Assembly: GCA_039715015.1 (NCBI GenBank)
Contig: JBDLIE010000012.1
Coordinates: forward strand, 1-64,000
Length of the DNA stretch: 64,000 nucleotides
Direction of reading: 5' to 3'
Source of the DNA: Thermodesulfobacteriota bacterium
GTDB lineage: Bacteria; Desulfobacterota; Desulfobulbia; Desulfobulbales; SURF-16
The notes under the pieces were generated by a model. That model ran no database searches, had not been told where the DNA came from, and was given only the letters and a program-made list of their open reading frames with translations. This document shows, piece after piece, positions 46,801-56,661 of the stretch; position 1 is the first letter of the stretch; each line of letters begins with the position of its first letter. Position numbers and translations under genes: made by a program.

Positions 46801-47385
46801 ATGGCAGAAATACGATCCACCATGGAAATGGTTCTTGAGCGGGCCGCCCGTCTTGAGGCCGAGGCTGGTGAGAGCCTTAACAAAGAAGAAAAAAGCCAGG
46901 AAGGAATGCGTCTGGCAGCCCAGTATATGCGTGGTGAAGAGGTTGATTTCCCAGGCATGCTGGCCAGGCCTGCAGAAGAGCTGACCCTGTTGGTTCAAGG
47001 CGCCCTCAGCGCCCTGTTGCGCAATATAATCCTGCCACGGGAAGAGGATGATCAGGCCACGGCTGGACAGGCCATGATGGGTATGCTGCAGCTGGGCCAC
47101 GACCCGCAGCTTCAGGCTGTTGTCGATGAGATGAAGAAGATCCTCAGCCAGTATCTCCAGCATAAACAACAGCTCCGTGGTCAGATTGAAGAACAATTTG
47201 TCCAACAGATGGGTATGCTGGAAGAGTCCATGGCTCACCAGACCGGTGCTCAGGTCAAGCTTGAGCCTTCCCAGCATCCTAAATTTGCCGAGGAGTGGCA
47301 GAAGGTCATGGTGCAGCTTAACGAAAAGTACGGCAATGCCCTGGATCAACACAAAACATACATCCAACAACTACTGGCAGGCTGA
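46801..47385 (+). CDS. Hypothetical helical protein (DUF6657-like)
   Basis: MAEIRSTMEMVLERA N-terminus recalled from a Desulfobacterota family; Gln-rich helical C-terminal half. Confidence 0.7.
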   Translation: MAEIRSTMEMVLERAARLEAEAGESLNKEEKSQEGMRLAAQYMRGEEVDFPGMLARPAEELTLLVQGALSALLRNIILPREEDDQATAGQAMMGMLQLGHDPQLQAVVDEMKKILSQYLQHKQQLRGQIEEQFVQQMGMLEESMAHQTGAQVKLEPSQHPKFAEEWQKVMVQLNEKYGNALDQHKTYIQQLLAG

Positions 47386-47612
47386 TGGCACTTTTGACCC
47401 TGGGATCAGATCAAACTTTGGATAACTGGTCTGCCCTTGAAGATAAGCTTGCGAACTGGCTCCCCGGTCTTGCACCTGCCTCGCAGACAAAGGACACGCG
47501 AACCTATAGGTTGGATTTCCCAGAGCAGGACCAGCCAATCCCCCTTCTCCAAAAACTACAGTCCCTTCTTGCAGAAGAGAATGTCCATTTCTTCATCGAC
47601 CTGAAACCATGA
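47385..47612 (+). CDS. Small hypothetical protein
   Basis: 75 aa, coupled to both neighbours through TGATG and ATGA overlaps. Confidence 0.6.
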   Translation: MALLTLGSDQTLDNWSALEDKLANWLPGLAPASQTKDTRTYRLDFPEQDQPIPLLQKLQSLLAEENVHFFIDLKP

Positions 47613-48706
47613 CCACACCCCTCCTTACCACTTTAAAAGCACGCCTGCGCCGGCGGCGGCTGGACGCCATCCTGATCAGCCAGCCCCATAATCGCCGATT
47701 CCTGAGCGGTTTTACACCCCTTGATCATGGCATTGAAGAATCTGCTGGCGCTCTGCTCATTCCTCGCACAGGCACACCTCTACTGCTCACAGATTCCCGT
47801 TTTGAGCTTTCGGCCAAGAAGGAATGCCCCGACTTTGAGATCATTCTCTACCGTAAAGGTCTTTTGGCCCTTCTCAAGGAACTCTTCATTGACCTTAAGA
47901 TCAAAAAATGCGGCTTTGAAAGTCATTACACTTTGCATTCCACGGCCGAAAAGCTCCTGGAGATGGGAGCTGAGGTTGGTAGCAAACTGAGCCCTGTAAA
48001 CAATCTCGTCGAGAAGATGCGCCTCTGCAAGGGCCAGGCAGAACTGGCTAAAATTAAACGGGCTGTGCTGTTAAACGAAGAGGTCTTTCAAGAGGTCCAT
48101 GGCACCCTGCGGCCCGGTATGACAGAAATAGAGGTGGCGTTGCAGATTGAAAACACCATGCGCCTTAAGGGTGCCGAGCGCCCCAGCTTTGACACCATTG
48201 TCGCTGCAGGGCCAAACGGCGCCCTGCCCCATGCCGTTCCTACGTCCAGGCCGCTTGGCAAGGGCGAGCCCATTGTCATTGATATGGGCCTTATTCTTGA
48301 TGGTTATTGCTCTGATATGACCCGCACCGTGGTCCTTGGCACCCCTGCTCCTCAGACAAAAAATATCATCCGCCTGGTTCGCCAAGCACAGCTGGCAGGC
48401 ATGGCTGCCGTCCAGGCCGGGGTTACTGGCAAACAGGTGGACAGAGAAGCGCGAAAAATCATCAAAGAGGCTGGCTATGGTGACAAATTTGGCCATGGTC
48501 TAGGGCACGGCGTTGGCCTGGCCGTCCACGAGGCCCCGGGCCTGAGCCCCCGCTATACAAAAAAACTCAAGGCCGGCATGGTGGTCACGGTGGAGCCTGG
48601 CGTTTATATTGAAGGGTGGGGCGGGGTGCGGCTGGAAAACATGGTGGTGGTGGAAGAAGGGGGAAGCCGCCTGTTAAACCGTGACACCACCTTTCTGGAT
48701 ATTTAG
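47609..48706 (+). CDS. Xaa-Pro peptidase (M24B)
   Basis: TDSRF, GALPHA, GYCSDMTRT, HGLGHGVGLAVHE, VTVEPGVY, GVRLE. Confidence 0.95.
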   Translation: MTTPLLTTLKARLRRRRLDAILISQPHNRRFLSGFTPLDHGIEESAGALLIPRTGTPLLLTDSRFELSAKKECPDFEIILYRKGLLALLKELFIDLKIKKCGFESHYTLHSTAEKLLEMGAEVGSKLSPVNNLVEKMRLCKGQAELAKIKRAVLLNEEVFQEVHGTLRPGMTEIEVALQIENTMRLKGAERPSFDTIVAAGPNGALPHAVPTSRPLGKGEPIVIDMGLILDGYCSDMTRTVVLGTPAPQTKNIIRLVRQAQLAGMAAVQAGVTGKQVDREARKIIKEAGYGDKFGHGLGHGVGLAVHEAPGLSPRYTKKLKAGMVVTVEPGVYIEGWGGVRLENMVVVEEGGSRLLNRDTTFLDI

Positions 48707-48715
48707 GCGAATATC

Positions 48716-49117
48716 ATGAAAAAACCCCTCTTTTCTCTCGAGATGAAGGTGCGCGACTATGAATGCGACATGCAGGGCAGGGTCAATAATGCTGTCTACC
48801 AGAACTATCTGGAGCATAGCCGCCATGAATTTCTGCTCTCAAGGAAAATCAACTTTGCCGACCTCACCCGGCGTGGCATTAACCTGGTAGTCATCAGGGC
48901 CGAGCTTGACTATAAGCTCCCTTTGACCAGCGGCGACACCTTTATTGCCGAGCTTGACGTGGAAAGGGTGTCAGCCCTCCGCTTTGCCTTTGCCCAGGAA
49001 ATCAGACGTGCCAGCGACCAGAAACTGGTGCTGGCTGCCAAAATCATCACCACCGCAGTCAACGAGCGAGGCCGCCCTGAACTGCCGCCAGAGCTACTCG
49101 ATCTTCTGCCAGTCTAG
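48716..49117 (+). CDS. Acyl-CoA thioesterase (YbgC/4HBT family)
   Basis: VRDYECDMQGRVNNAVYQNYLEHSR. Confidence 0.92.
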   Translation: MKKPLFSLEMKVRDYECDMQGRVNNAVYQNYLEHSRHEFLLSRKINFADLTRRGINLVVIRAELDYKLPLTSGDTFIAELDVERVSALRFAFAQEIRRASDQKLVLAAKIITTAVNERGRPELPPELLDLLPV

Positions 49118-49767
49118 TTTCCCGGCAGGTCTCCCTGCAAAGGACATTCCTGGCAACAAGGATTTGTCTTTTTGCAAAATTTTTTACCAAGACAGACCAG
49201 AAGGGCATGGTACTCGTTATAGAGGGCCACATCTTCGGGCAGGGCGGCCATGAACAGCTCCTGCATCTCCTCGTAACTTGTTTCCTCAGCCACCAAACCG
49301 TGCCTACTCAAAAAACGATGGCTGTAAGTGTCCACCACAAAAATTGGTTTTTCTGCGGCGTAGAGCAAAATGGAATCGGCGCTCTCAGGACCAATGCCTT
49401 TGACGGAAAGAAGTTTCTCGCGCAAATAGGTGAGATCCTGGCTGAAGAAATCAGCCAGGTTGCCCGTCTCGGCCACTCCCTGTTCAAGAACAGCCAGGAG
49501 ATTTTTCAGGCGTTGGGCCTTAAGATTATAGTAGCCGGAGGGCCGGATCAATTCGGCCAGCTGTTCAACAGGCAAGGCAAGGAGAGCCTCCAAGGAAAGG
49601 ACATCACTCTGTCTGAGGTTATTAATAGCCCTGCTGACATTGCCCCAGTTGGTATTCTGGGTCAATACTGCCCCCACCAAAACTTCAAAGGGTGTATCGC
49701 CAGGCCACCAGTGCTGGGGACCAAAAAATTTATAGAGGTGTTGGTAGATCGTTTCAAGGCGGTGCAT
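49114..49767 (-). CDS. Endonuclease III-like HhH-GPD DNA glycosylase with 4Fe-4S motif
   Basis: GAVLTQNTNW, GIGPESADSILLYA, VVDTY, CKKTNPCCQECPL. Confidence 0.9.
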   Translation of the reverse strand: MHRLETIYQHLYKFFGPQHWWPGDTPFEVLVGAVLTQNTNWGNVSRAINNLRQSDVLSLEALLALPVEQLAELIRPSGYYNLKAQRLKNLLAVLEQGVAETGNLADFFSQDLTYLREKLLSVKGIGPESADSILLYAAEKPIFVVDTYSHRFLSRHGLVAEETSYEEMQELFMAALPEDVALYNEYHALLVCLGKKFCKKTNPCCQECPLQGDLPGN

Positions 49768-49772
49768 GACCG

Positions 49773-50105
49773 CTAATCACCACGCATAAAAATCAGATAA
49801 ATAACCACCATGATGGCCCCTAAACCGACACCAGCCACCGGGAGAACCTTGCCGAGTTGCAGGTTACCATCCACAACCAGGCCATGGGCATAGGGTGTGC
49901 CGGTAAAGATCCAGAGCCCGATACCCAGGGCCAGAAAAACAATGGCATTGAAAGCTTGCTTGTAAATCCACCAGCCTAGCTGGGCAATGAGGGGAATCAG
50001 CACCCAGGGGTTGGTAAAGGCGCCCCGGACATCGACATTTTTCAACTGTTCCGGAATATTGGTACTCACCCAAAACTCAGATAACGCTGTCAGGAAATTA
50101 TCCAT
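49773..50105 (-). CDS. Small hypothetical membrane protein
   Basis: GGAGG RBS before ATG 50105; three hydrophobic segments. Confidence 0.7.
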   Translation of the reverse strand: MDNFLTALSEFWVSTNIPEQLKNVDVRGAFTNPWVLIPLIAQLGWWIYKQAFNAIVFLALGIGLWIFTGTPYAHGLVVDGNLQLGKVLPVAGVGLGAIMVVIYLIFMRGD

Positions 50106-50176
50106 ATGACCTCCTTGAGTCAATCCTTGTGAATGGCCCCTCTTTTAGCAAGGCAGCACTGTGCAAACAACGAGCT

Positions 50177-51484
50177 CTATTTTTCGGTGGGGCAACGGCC
50201 CGGCTTGGTGGCCTTTTTGTAGACCTTAATGGCGCAGTAATCACCGCACATGGCACAGGCATCTCCTTTATAAGAATTACCAAGTTCGCGGTAATGGCGG
50301 GCCTTATCAGGGTCAAGGGAAAGATCAATCTGCCCCTTCCAGTCCAGTTTATTGCGGCATTTGGCCATGGCAATATCACGGTCAATGGCGCCCGGAACAC
50401 CCTTGACGATATCTGCGGCATGGGCGGCAATACGTGAGGCAATAACCCCCTCGCGGACGTCCTCGGCACTGGGCAGCTTCAGATGCTCGGCCGGGGTAAC
50501 GTAGCAGAGATAGTCGGCACCGGCCGAAGCGGCGATGGCACCACCAATGGCACCGGTGATATGGTCATAGCCTGGGGCAATATCAGTAACCAACGGCCCG
50601 AGAACATAGAAGGGTGCGCCATGGCAGAGACGTTTCTGGAGAAGCATATTGGCCTTGATCTGGTCCAGGGGCATATGGCCCGGTCCCTCGACAATTACCT
50701 GAACACCTGCCTCCCAGGCCCGCTGGGTAAGCTCGCCGAGATGGATGAGTTCCTGGACCTGGCCACGGTCAGTGGCATCAGCCAGGCAACCGGGACGCAG
50801 ACCGTCTCCAAGGCTGATTGTCACCTCATGCTCTTTTAAAATGGCGAGGATATCATCGTAATATTCATAAAAAGGGTTTTCCTTCTTATTATGACTCATC
50901 CATTCAATGGTAAAGGAACCGCCGCGACTGACCACGCCCATCAGGCGCTCATGGCCCTTGACCTGGGCCAGGGCGTCACGGGTCAGACCGCAATGGATGG
51001 TCATGAAGTCGACGCCATCCCTGGCCTGCTCCTCAATGGTGGCCAGCATCTCGTCCACCGTCACCTCACCAATGGCCTTTTTCTTCTTTTCAACAACATC
51101 AGCAACGGTCTGATAAACAGGTACCGTACCCAGGGGGATAGGGCATTCCTTCAGGATGCCGCGCCGTACATCATTGATATTCTCCCCCATACTAAGATCC
51201 ATCACGGTGTCGGCCCCTGCCCGCAGGCAGACACAGAGCTTCTCAAGCTCCTGTTTGGCCTCAGGCATATCTCGTGAGGCGCCGATATTGGCATTGACCT
51301 TGGTTGACAAACCTTTGCCCACGGCCATAACCTTGTCAAAATCATGGTTCTTGTTTTTAGGGATGGCAATGGTGCCCTCGGCAACACCGGCCATAAGAAA
51401 TTCCGGGGAAACCCCTTCATGTTGGGCGCAGGCTTCAAAAAGCGGGGTGAGGGTGCCGCTCAGCGCATCTTCACGAATACTCAT
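50177..51484 (-). CDS. thiC: Phosphomethylpyrimidine synthase (short form)
   Basis: KVNANIG, GADTVMDLS, VSRGGS, LGDGLRPG, EGPGH, YVTPAEHL, CAMCGDYC. Confidence 0.93.
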   Translation of the reverse strand: MSIREDALSGTLTPLFEACAQHEGVSPEFLMAGVAEGTIAIPKNKNHDFDKVMAVGKGLSTKVNANIGASRDMPEAKQELEKLCVCLRAGADTVMDLSMGENINDVRRGILKECPIPLGTVPVYQTVADVVEKKKKAIGEVTVDEMLATIEEQARDGVDFMTIHCGLTRDALAQVKGHERLMGVVSRGGSFTIEWMSHNKKENPFYEYYDDILAILKEHEVTISLGDGLRPGCLADATDRGQVQELIHLGELTQRAWEAGVQVIVEGPGHMPLDQIKANMLLQKRLCHGAPFYVLGPLVTDIAPGYDHITGAIGGAIAASAGADYLCYVTPAEHLKLPSAEDVREGVIASRIAAHAADIVKGVPGAIDRDIAMAKCRNKLDWKGQIDLSLDPDKARHYRELGNSYKGDACAMCGDYCAIKVYKKATKPGRCPTEK

Positions 51485-51604
51485 CTATGTTCTCCATGTG
51501 GACTAAATAACAAAAAAATAAAACCTCTGACATGGCGATCTCACAGCGTAACTGCGTGTTCAACTATTCATCAGTAGGTGTCTGGCTGCAATTCGAAACG
51601 CAAA

Positions 51605-51634
51605 AACATACCAGTGGCAATGTCCAACTGTCAA
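51605..51634 (-). promoter_or_regulatory. Putative sigma-70 promoter for thiC
   Basis: Minus strand TTGACA-N18-TATGTT. Confidence 0.45.
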
Positions 51635-51842
51635 CGTAAAAGCCCGTGCAGATGTTCATCCCTGCCCTATCTGCCCGCAAACAGAACGCCTATCATGCCG
51701 ATGCATAGATTGTCGGCCGGCGCCCAAACATTTTCAGCGCTGTTGAACATCTATCACCAGGATGGTTTTCAATGTTTTGAAATGTCACGCTGACGGCTTA
51801 ACAGCCCGACAAGAAAGAGAGAAAAGAGATTGGCAAAAAGAG

Positions 51843-52238
51843 TTATTCGCCGAGAAAAGAATGAATATAGGAGGAGAGTTCCTGGAGGTTAAATGGTTTT
51901 GAAACATGGCCCTTAAAGCCAAAATTTTCAGAATGTTCCATGGCAGGAGCACCAGAGTCGCCACTGGCGGCAATGATAATTGCGTCTGGGTAGGACTTGC
52001 CAATCAAGGCAGCAGCCTCTTCCCCCCCCATGCCATCCTGGACGGTAAGGTCCATGATGACGGCATCATAGGCGGCATCCGCCTTCGCGGCCTGGCCATA
52101 GGCGGCAACGGCATCTTCGCCGCAGACTGTCGAAACCACATCAAAGCCCATGAACTGCAGCGATTCTTCCAGTAGGGTCCGGATGGTCGCCTCATCATCC
52201 ATTATCAATATCCGCTTTTTGAGGTTTTGGTCAGACAT
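51843..52238 (-). CDS. Single-domain response regulator
   Basis: ILIMDD, VIMDLT, AASG, SKPF. Confidence 0.92.
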   Translation of the reverse strand: MSDQNLKKRILIMDDEATIRTLLEESLQFMGFDVVSTVCGEDAVAAYGQAAKADAAYDAVIMDLTVQDGMGGEEAAALIGKSYPDAIIIAASGDSGAPAMEHSENFGFKGHVSKPFNLQELSSYIHSFLGE

Positions 52239-52432
52239 TAATTAAAAATCTCCTAACAGGAACTTGACCCAGGCTGCGTTTCGATTCAACAAATTATCAA
52301 AGGAATCTTATGAAAAGTCAACACCATCGCCCTAATTTCATGCTTGACAGTCAGTGATTGATGCTTATTTTTCTTTCGTTTTGTCCGGTAACCCCTCTTA
52401 TTTCTCAAAATGATCTTTAAAGGATAGTATCC

Positions 52433-54298
52433 ATGTCTGATGTAAAAAGCGAGACCAAAGAATTCCAGGCTGAAGTCAAACAGCTGCTAGATATAGTTAT
52501 TCATTCCCTTTATACCGAGCGTGACATTTTTCTCCGTGAGCTTGTATCCAACTCTGCGGACGCCTTGGAAAAATTTCGTCACCAGCAGCTTCTTGAAGAG
52601 GAAGTCTTTGATAAAGATGCCGCTCTGGGAATTGCCATTACTTTTGATGAAAAAGAACATACCCTGACCATTACTGACTCAGGCATTGGCATGACCAGAG
52701 ACGAGCTTGAACAAAACCTGGGAACCATTGCCCACTCCGGCTCCAAAAATTTCTTTACGGAACTTGCTGAGGCCGCCAAAAAAGATGTCAACCTCATCGG
52801 CCAGTTCGGTGTCGGTTTCTACGCCGCCTTTATGGTCGCCAAGGCTGTAAGGGTCCAGTCCCGATCCTACCTCCCTGATGAGGAAGGCTACGAATGGTCT
52901 TCGCAAGGAGCCGGCAGCTACACATTGGCCCCCTGCTCCGGTCTCCATCGCGGCACCAAGATCATCATTGAGCTCAATGATGACAGCCACGACTATGCCT
53001 CAGAGTTTGAGATCAAAAGAATTATTAAGCAATATTCAAACTTTGTTCCTTTTCCCATTAATGTAAGCGGCGACACGGTTAATACTGTTCAGGCCCTGTG
53101 GGCCAAATCAAAGCAGGACATCAAGGATGACGAGTACAACGAATTTTACAAGTTCATCTCCAACGCCATGGACGAGCCGGTGGCCAAACTCCACTTCTCG
53201 GCAGATGCTCCGTTAGCCATCAAGGCCCTGCTCTTTGTCCCCAAAGAAAACTTCGAGACCTTGGGCTTTGGCCGGATGGAGCCGGGGGTCAGTCTCTACT
53301 GTCAAAAGGTCCTTATTGAGCAAGAAAGTACCAACATCCTGCCGGAATGGCTGCGCTTTGTAAAAGGTGTGGTGGATAGCGAGGACCTGCCCCTTAATAT
53401 CTCCCGCCAGGCCCTGCAGGACAACGCCCTTGTAGTTAAACTTAACAAGATTATCACCGGCCGTTTCCTCAAATACCTGGCCGAGATGGCCAAGAAAGAG
53501 CCGGAGACCTACGAGCAGGTCTGGAATACCTTTGGCATCTTTCTCAAAGAGGGCGCCACCAGTGACTTCATGCATCGTGAGGCCATTGCCAAACTCCTGC
53601 GCTTTGAATCTTCTCAATCTGAAGCGGGTAAACAGATTGCCTTGGCCGAATATGTTGAAAGGATGAAGGAAGATCAAAAGGAGATTTACTATGTCAACGG
53701 CCCCAGCCGCGAAGCCATTGAGGCCGGCCCCTACCTTGAAGCCTTTAAAAAGAATGGTATCGAAGTAATCTACACCATGGAGCCCATTGATGATTTTGTC
53801 TTCAACCATCTTGGTGAGTTTGATTCCAAAAAGCTTGTCTCTGCAGACCGGGCAGACATTGACCTGCCCAAGGGCAGCGAAGAGGATAAGGAAGAGTCTG
53901 CCGAAAAACCGGAAGAACTGGAATCCGCCATTGCCGCCACCTTGATTAAATGGATGAAGGACAGCCTGGGAGACAAGGTCAAGGAGGTTGTTACCTCTAA
54001 ACGCCTGGTGGACAGCCCTGCCATTATCGTTAACCCGGACGGTGTCTTCACAAGCTCCATGGAGAGGATTCTGAAGGCTTCAAACCAGGAGCACCAGATC
54101 AGCACCAAAAACCTGGAGATCAACACCAGCCACAGCCTGATTAAGGGCCTGGCTGACATGCGCGTCAAGGATGAAGAATTCGCCAAAAGCATTGTTGAGC
54201 AGATCTATGACAATGCCATGATTCAGGCCGGACTGCTCGTCGAACCGCGCACCATGGTGGAACGCAACTATAAGATCTTGGAGCGGGCCCTGAAATAA
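52433..54298 (+). CDS. htpG: Chaperone HtpG (Hsp90)
   Basis: FQAEVKQLL, FLRELVSNSADA, NLGTIAHSG, IGQFGVGFY, DSEDLPLNISR. Confidence 0.98.
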   Translation: MSDVKSETKEFQAEVKQLLDIVIHSLYTERDIFLRELVSNSADALEKFRHQQLLEEEVFDKDAALGIAITFDEKEHTLTITDSGIGMTRDELEQNLGTIAHSGSKNFFTELAEAAKKDVNLIGQFGVGFYAAFMVAKAVRVQSRSYLPDEEGYEWSSQGAGSYTLAPCSGLHRGTKIIIELNDDSHDYASEFEIKRIIKQYSNFVPFPINVSGDTVNTVQALWAKSKQDIKDDEYNEFYKFISNAMDEPVAKLHFSADAPLAIKALLFVPKENFETLGFGRMEPGVSLYCQKVLIEQESTNILPEWLRFVKGVVDSEDLPLNISRQALQDNALVVKLNKIITGRFLKYLAEMAKKEPETYEQVWNTFGIFLKEGATSDFMHREAIAKLLRFESSQSEAGKQIALAEYVERMKEDQKEIYYVNGPSREAIEAGPYLEAFKKNGIEVIYTMEPIDDFVFNHLGEFDSKKLVSADRADIDLPKGSEEDKEESAEKPEELESAIAATLIKWMKDSLGDKVKEVVTSKRLVDSPAIIVNPDGVFTSSMERILKASNQEHQISTKNLEINTSHSLIKGLADMRVKDEEFAKSIVEQIYDNAMIQAGLLVEPRTMVERNYKILERALK

Positions 54299-54322
54299 GC
54301 CCCCTGTTTGACATCCTGCTAC

Positions 54323-54368
54323 ACCAAAAAGGCCTGCGTGAGTATATGCTCACGCAGGCCTTTTTGGT
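54323..54368. terminator. Bidirectional terminator after htpG
   Basis: ACCAAAAAGGCCTGCGTGAG-N6-CTCACGCAGGCCTTTTTGGT. Confidence 0.9.
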
Positions 54369-54400
54369 TTATTTACTCTCACTCCGCCAAGGACGGTTAC

Positions 54401-54844
54401 CTATGCGGGAACAAGATCAAGGCTTGACTGGTAGGATTCCATAATGCGCTGCTCAATATAACGCAACAATTCGCCGTTTTCAGCATCATAATCAAAGCAG
54501 ACGGCGTCCTGGCCAAGCAACCCTCCCGGCACAAAGTCTCCCCACCCATCAGGATCGGTTATCCTTTCCCCATAAAAGCAAACAGAGAGCCAGCGCTGCT
54601 CCGGGTCGTCATCAATAACATCGACCATGGCATATAAAGGGCCTTCTTCCCCCTGGCCAAGAACAATCTGGGCCCGGAGAGAACAGGTAATCCCGGGCCT
54701 GGCATGAAATGAAACAAGGTTTTTTTGATTTTTCTCCAGAAGTTCCATAAGGCCCTCAAAGGCGGCCTTGGTGCCTAAACCGTCCACTTGCCAATTGGCA
54801 ATAAAGCTCTCTATCTCCCCTTGGGTGGTATTGGTTGCAAACAT
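54401..54844 (-). CDS. Hypothetical protein
   Basis: 147 aa with GAGG RBS; motif MVDVIDDDPEQRWLSVCFY...ITDP...VPGGLLGQDAVCFD. Confidence 0.75.
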   Translation of the reverse strand: MFATNTTQGEIESFIANWQVDGLGTKAAFEGLMELLEKNQKNLVSFHARPGITCSLRAQIVLGQGEEGPLYAMVDVIDDDPEQRWLSVCFYGERITDPDGWGDFVPGGLLGQDAVCFDYDAENGELLRYIEQRIMESYQSSLDLVPA

Positions 54845-54962
54845 TATTTCTACCTCGTAACAACTGACTTTTAATTGGATTTTTTAACTACGCTCACCTC
54901 CTATACCCAATTTCAAGCTTTTGCCAAATTATTTTCTCGGCGTCAGATTTCGTTTTCCGGCA

Positions 54963-55445
54963 TCAAGGGCGAATGGCGCGAACATAGCCAGCCTTTTTGG
55001 GGACGTATTCCCTCTCGGGATGACAATCTCCATCAAGTTCCCAGGCCCCCACCCGTCCCTTACTGTCAGTATCGCCGGACCAGTAATTCCCCTTAAAGTC
55101 CATACGGCAATCACCCTTGCCATGGGCATCAAAAAGAAGAAAAAGTTCATAAAGCTCGGCAACGGTGGGTAAGCGCCAATCACTCAGCCCGGCAAGTTGT
55201 ATCCCGTCTATGTATTTGCCGGCTTCTTCTAAAGATTTAATCCTTTTTGACTTAGCCACCTGCCACAGCTTGCCGGTTTGCGAGTCCAGGCAGGTACCGT
55301 TGCCCTGATCTTGAAGACGCCCCTGTTTATTTCCCCTGCCAATCTGTAAAGACTGGTCCGGTATCTGACAAATCTTGCCGCCCGTGCAACCGGGTAAAAG
55401 AAACAACAATCCTAGCATGGTAAGAAGTACACCCCTATCTCTCAT
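54963..55445 (-). CDS. DUF1566 (Lcl) domain lipoprotein
   Basis: Lipobox LPGC; GNGTCLDSQTGKLWQ, DWRLPTVAEL, YWS, YVRAIR. Confidence 0.85.
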   Translation of the reverse strand: MRDRGVLLTMLGLLFLLPGCTGGKICQIPDQSLQIGRGNKQGRLQDQGNGTCLDSQTGKLWQVAKSKRIKSLEEAGKYIDGIQLAGLSDWRLPTVAELYELFLLFDAHGKGDCRMDFKGNYWSGDTDSKGRVGAWELDGDCHPEREYVPKKAGYVRAIRP

Positions 55446-55645
55446 ATTTTTCCCTGAACGTATCTGTTGTTATTGTGCTGTCGACTGATCATTTTTTTCA
55501 AACTTCCAAAGAGTTGATCCCGCCCCTTTTTCTTTCATAAAAGCCGTTTCTGGTGTAGTGCTATTGCATGGCAGACAGCTTGAACAAACTCTCTTTTTCC
55601 ACTCCCTCAAAACAGGGCTTTAATGCTGGCCCGGCCTTTTAGGAT

Positions 55646-56524
55646 ATGCTGAACCAAACGGTTTTTGATTTCCCTCTTCTCCTCCTACCCGTGGTCAGCT
55701 TTATTATCTCCTTTTTCACCTCCATGGCCGGCGTTTCCGGGGCCTTTCTCCTTCTGCCCTTTCAGGTGAGCATTCTCGGCTTCACATCACCTTCGGTGAG
55801 CTCCACGAATTTTCTTTACAATATCATTGGTTGCCCAGGTGGAATCTGGCGTTTTATCAAAGAAAAAAGAATGCTCTGGCCGCTGGCCTGGCTGATAAGC
55901 CTTACCACCTTACCCGGTATTTTATTGGGCTACTATTTCCGGATTCACTTTTTCCCAGACCCCTCCTTATTTAAACTTTTTGTTGGCTGCGTCCTTCTTT
56001 TTCTCAGCTATAGGCTCTTAGGCGCTGCCTTCAGTAAAAACAATGGGACCACTCAGGCAACAGACTCTCATTTTGCGATCACGGCCACCTCGGTTGCCGC
56101 CACCTCCCTTACATTCACCTTCCACGAAAAAACGTTTCATGTTGCCTATGGCCCTTTGGGGGCCTATTGCCTTTTTATTGGGATTATTGGCGGCATATAC
56201 GGCATCGGCGGCGGCGCTCTCATAGTGCCTTTCTGTGTTTCCGTTCTTGGCCTGCCTGTTTATACGGTGGCTGGCGCAACCCTCTTTGGCACCTTTGTTG
56301 CCTCCATAAGCGGAGTTCTTTTTTACTCCTTTGTTCCCCTTGGCCAGGGACAGGTTTTCCCCCCCCACTGGGTTTTGGGTGGCCTTCTCGGGGTAGGCGG
56401 TCTTCTCGGCATGAATTGCGGCGCACGTGCCCAACAGTATGTGCCGGAAAGGGCTATAAAATTTTTACTCGCCCTTATAATTTTTCTGGTGGGAGGGAAA
56501 TATATTATTGCCTACCTTCTGTGA
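55646..56524 (+). CDS. Sulfite exporter TauE/SafE (TSUP) family permease
   Basis: GVSGAFLLLP and GIYGIGGGALIVP repeats; highly hydrophobic. Confidence 0.88.
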   Translation: MLNQTVFDFPLLLLPVVSFIISFFTSMAGVSGAFLLLPFQVSILGFTSPSVSSTNFLYNIIGCPGGIWRFIKEKRMLWPLAWLISLTTLPGILLGYYFRIHFFPDPSLFKLFVGCVLLFLSYRLLGAAFSKNNGTTQATDSHFAITATSVAATSLTFTFHEKTFHVAYGPLGAYCLFIGIIGGIYGIGGGALIVPFCVSVLGLPVYTVAGATLFGTFVASISGVLFYSFVPLGQGQVFPPHWVLGGLLGVGGLLGMNCGARAQQYVPERAIKFLLALIIFLVGGKYIIAYLL

Positions 56525-56661
56525 AGAAATAGGATTTCTCACACCATAACCAGCTAATATATTGGCCAAAATAGAGGGAAGCACCTTTGTAATTATTTGA
56601 CAGCCCCCCTCAGGCTGTGGCAATATAGCATTTCCTTCCCCCACCTCTTCACCAAATTTGT

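Noticed and set aside
50177..51484. BzaF/BzaAB instead of ThiC
   Set aside because: VNANIG, MDLS, SRGGS and LGDGLRPG are ThiC-type residues, and there are no cobamide genes nearby.
51485..51780. TPP or cobalamin riboswitch upstream of thiC
   Set aside because: GCCACTG and AGCCAGACACCT on the minus strand echo the B12 element, but the rest of the core is missing and GCCACTG lies inside a promoter spacer. No TPP core is present.
52300..52432. CIRCE element upstream of htpG
   Set aside because: TTAGCACTC-N9-GAGTGCTAA is not present; only a TTGACA-type -35 is visible.
54963..55445. Diversity-generating retroelement target
   Set aside because: DUF1566 proteins can be DGR targets, but no reverse transcriptase or template repeat is seen in the window.
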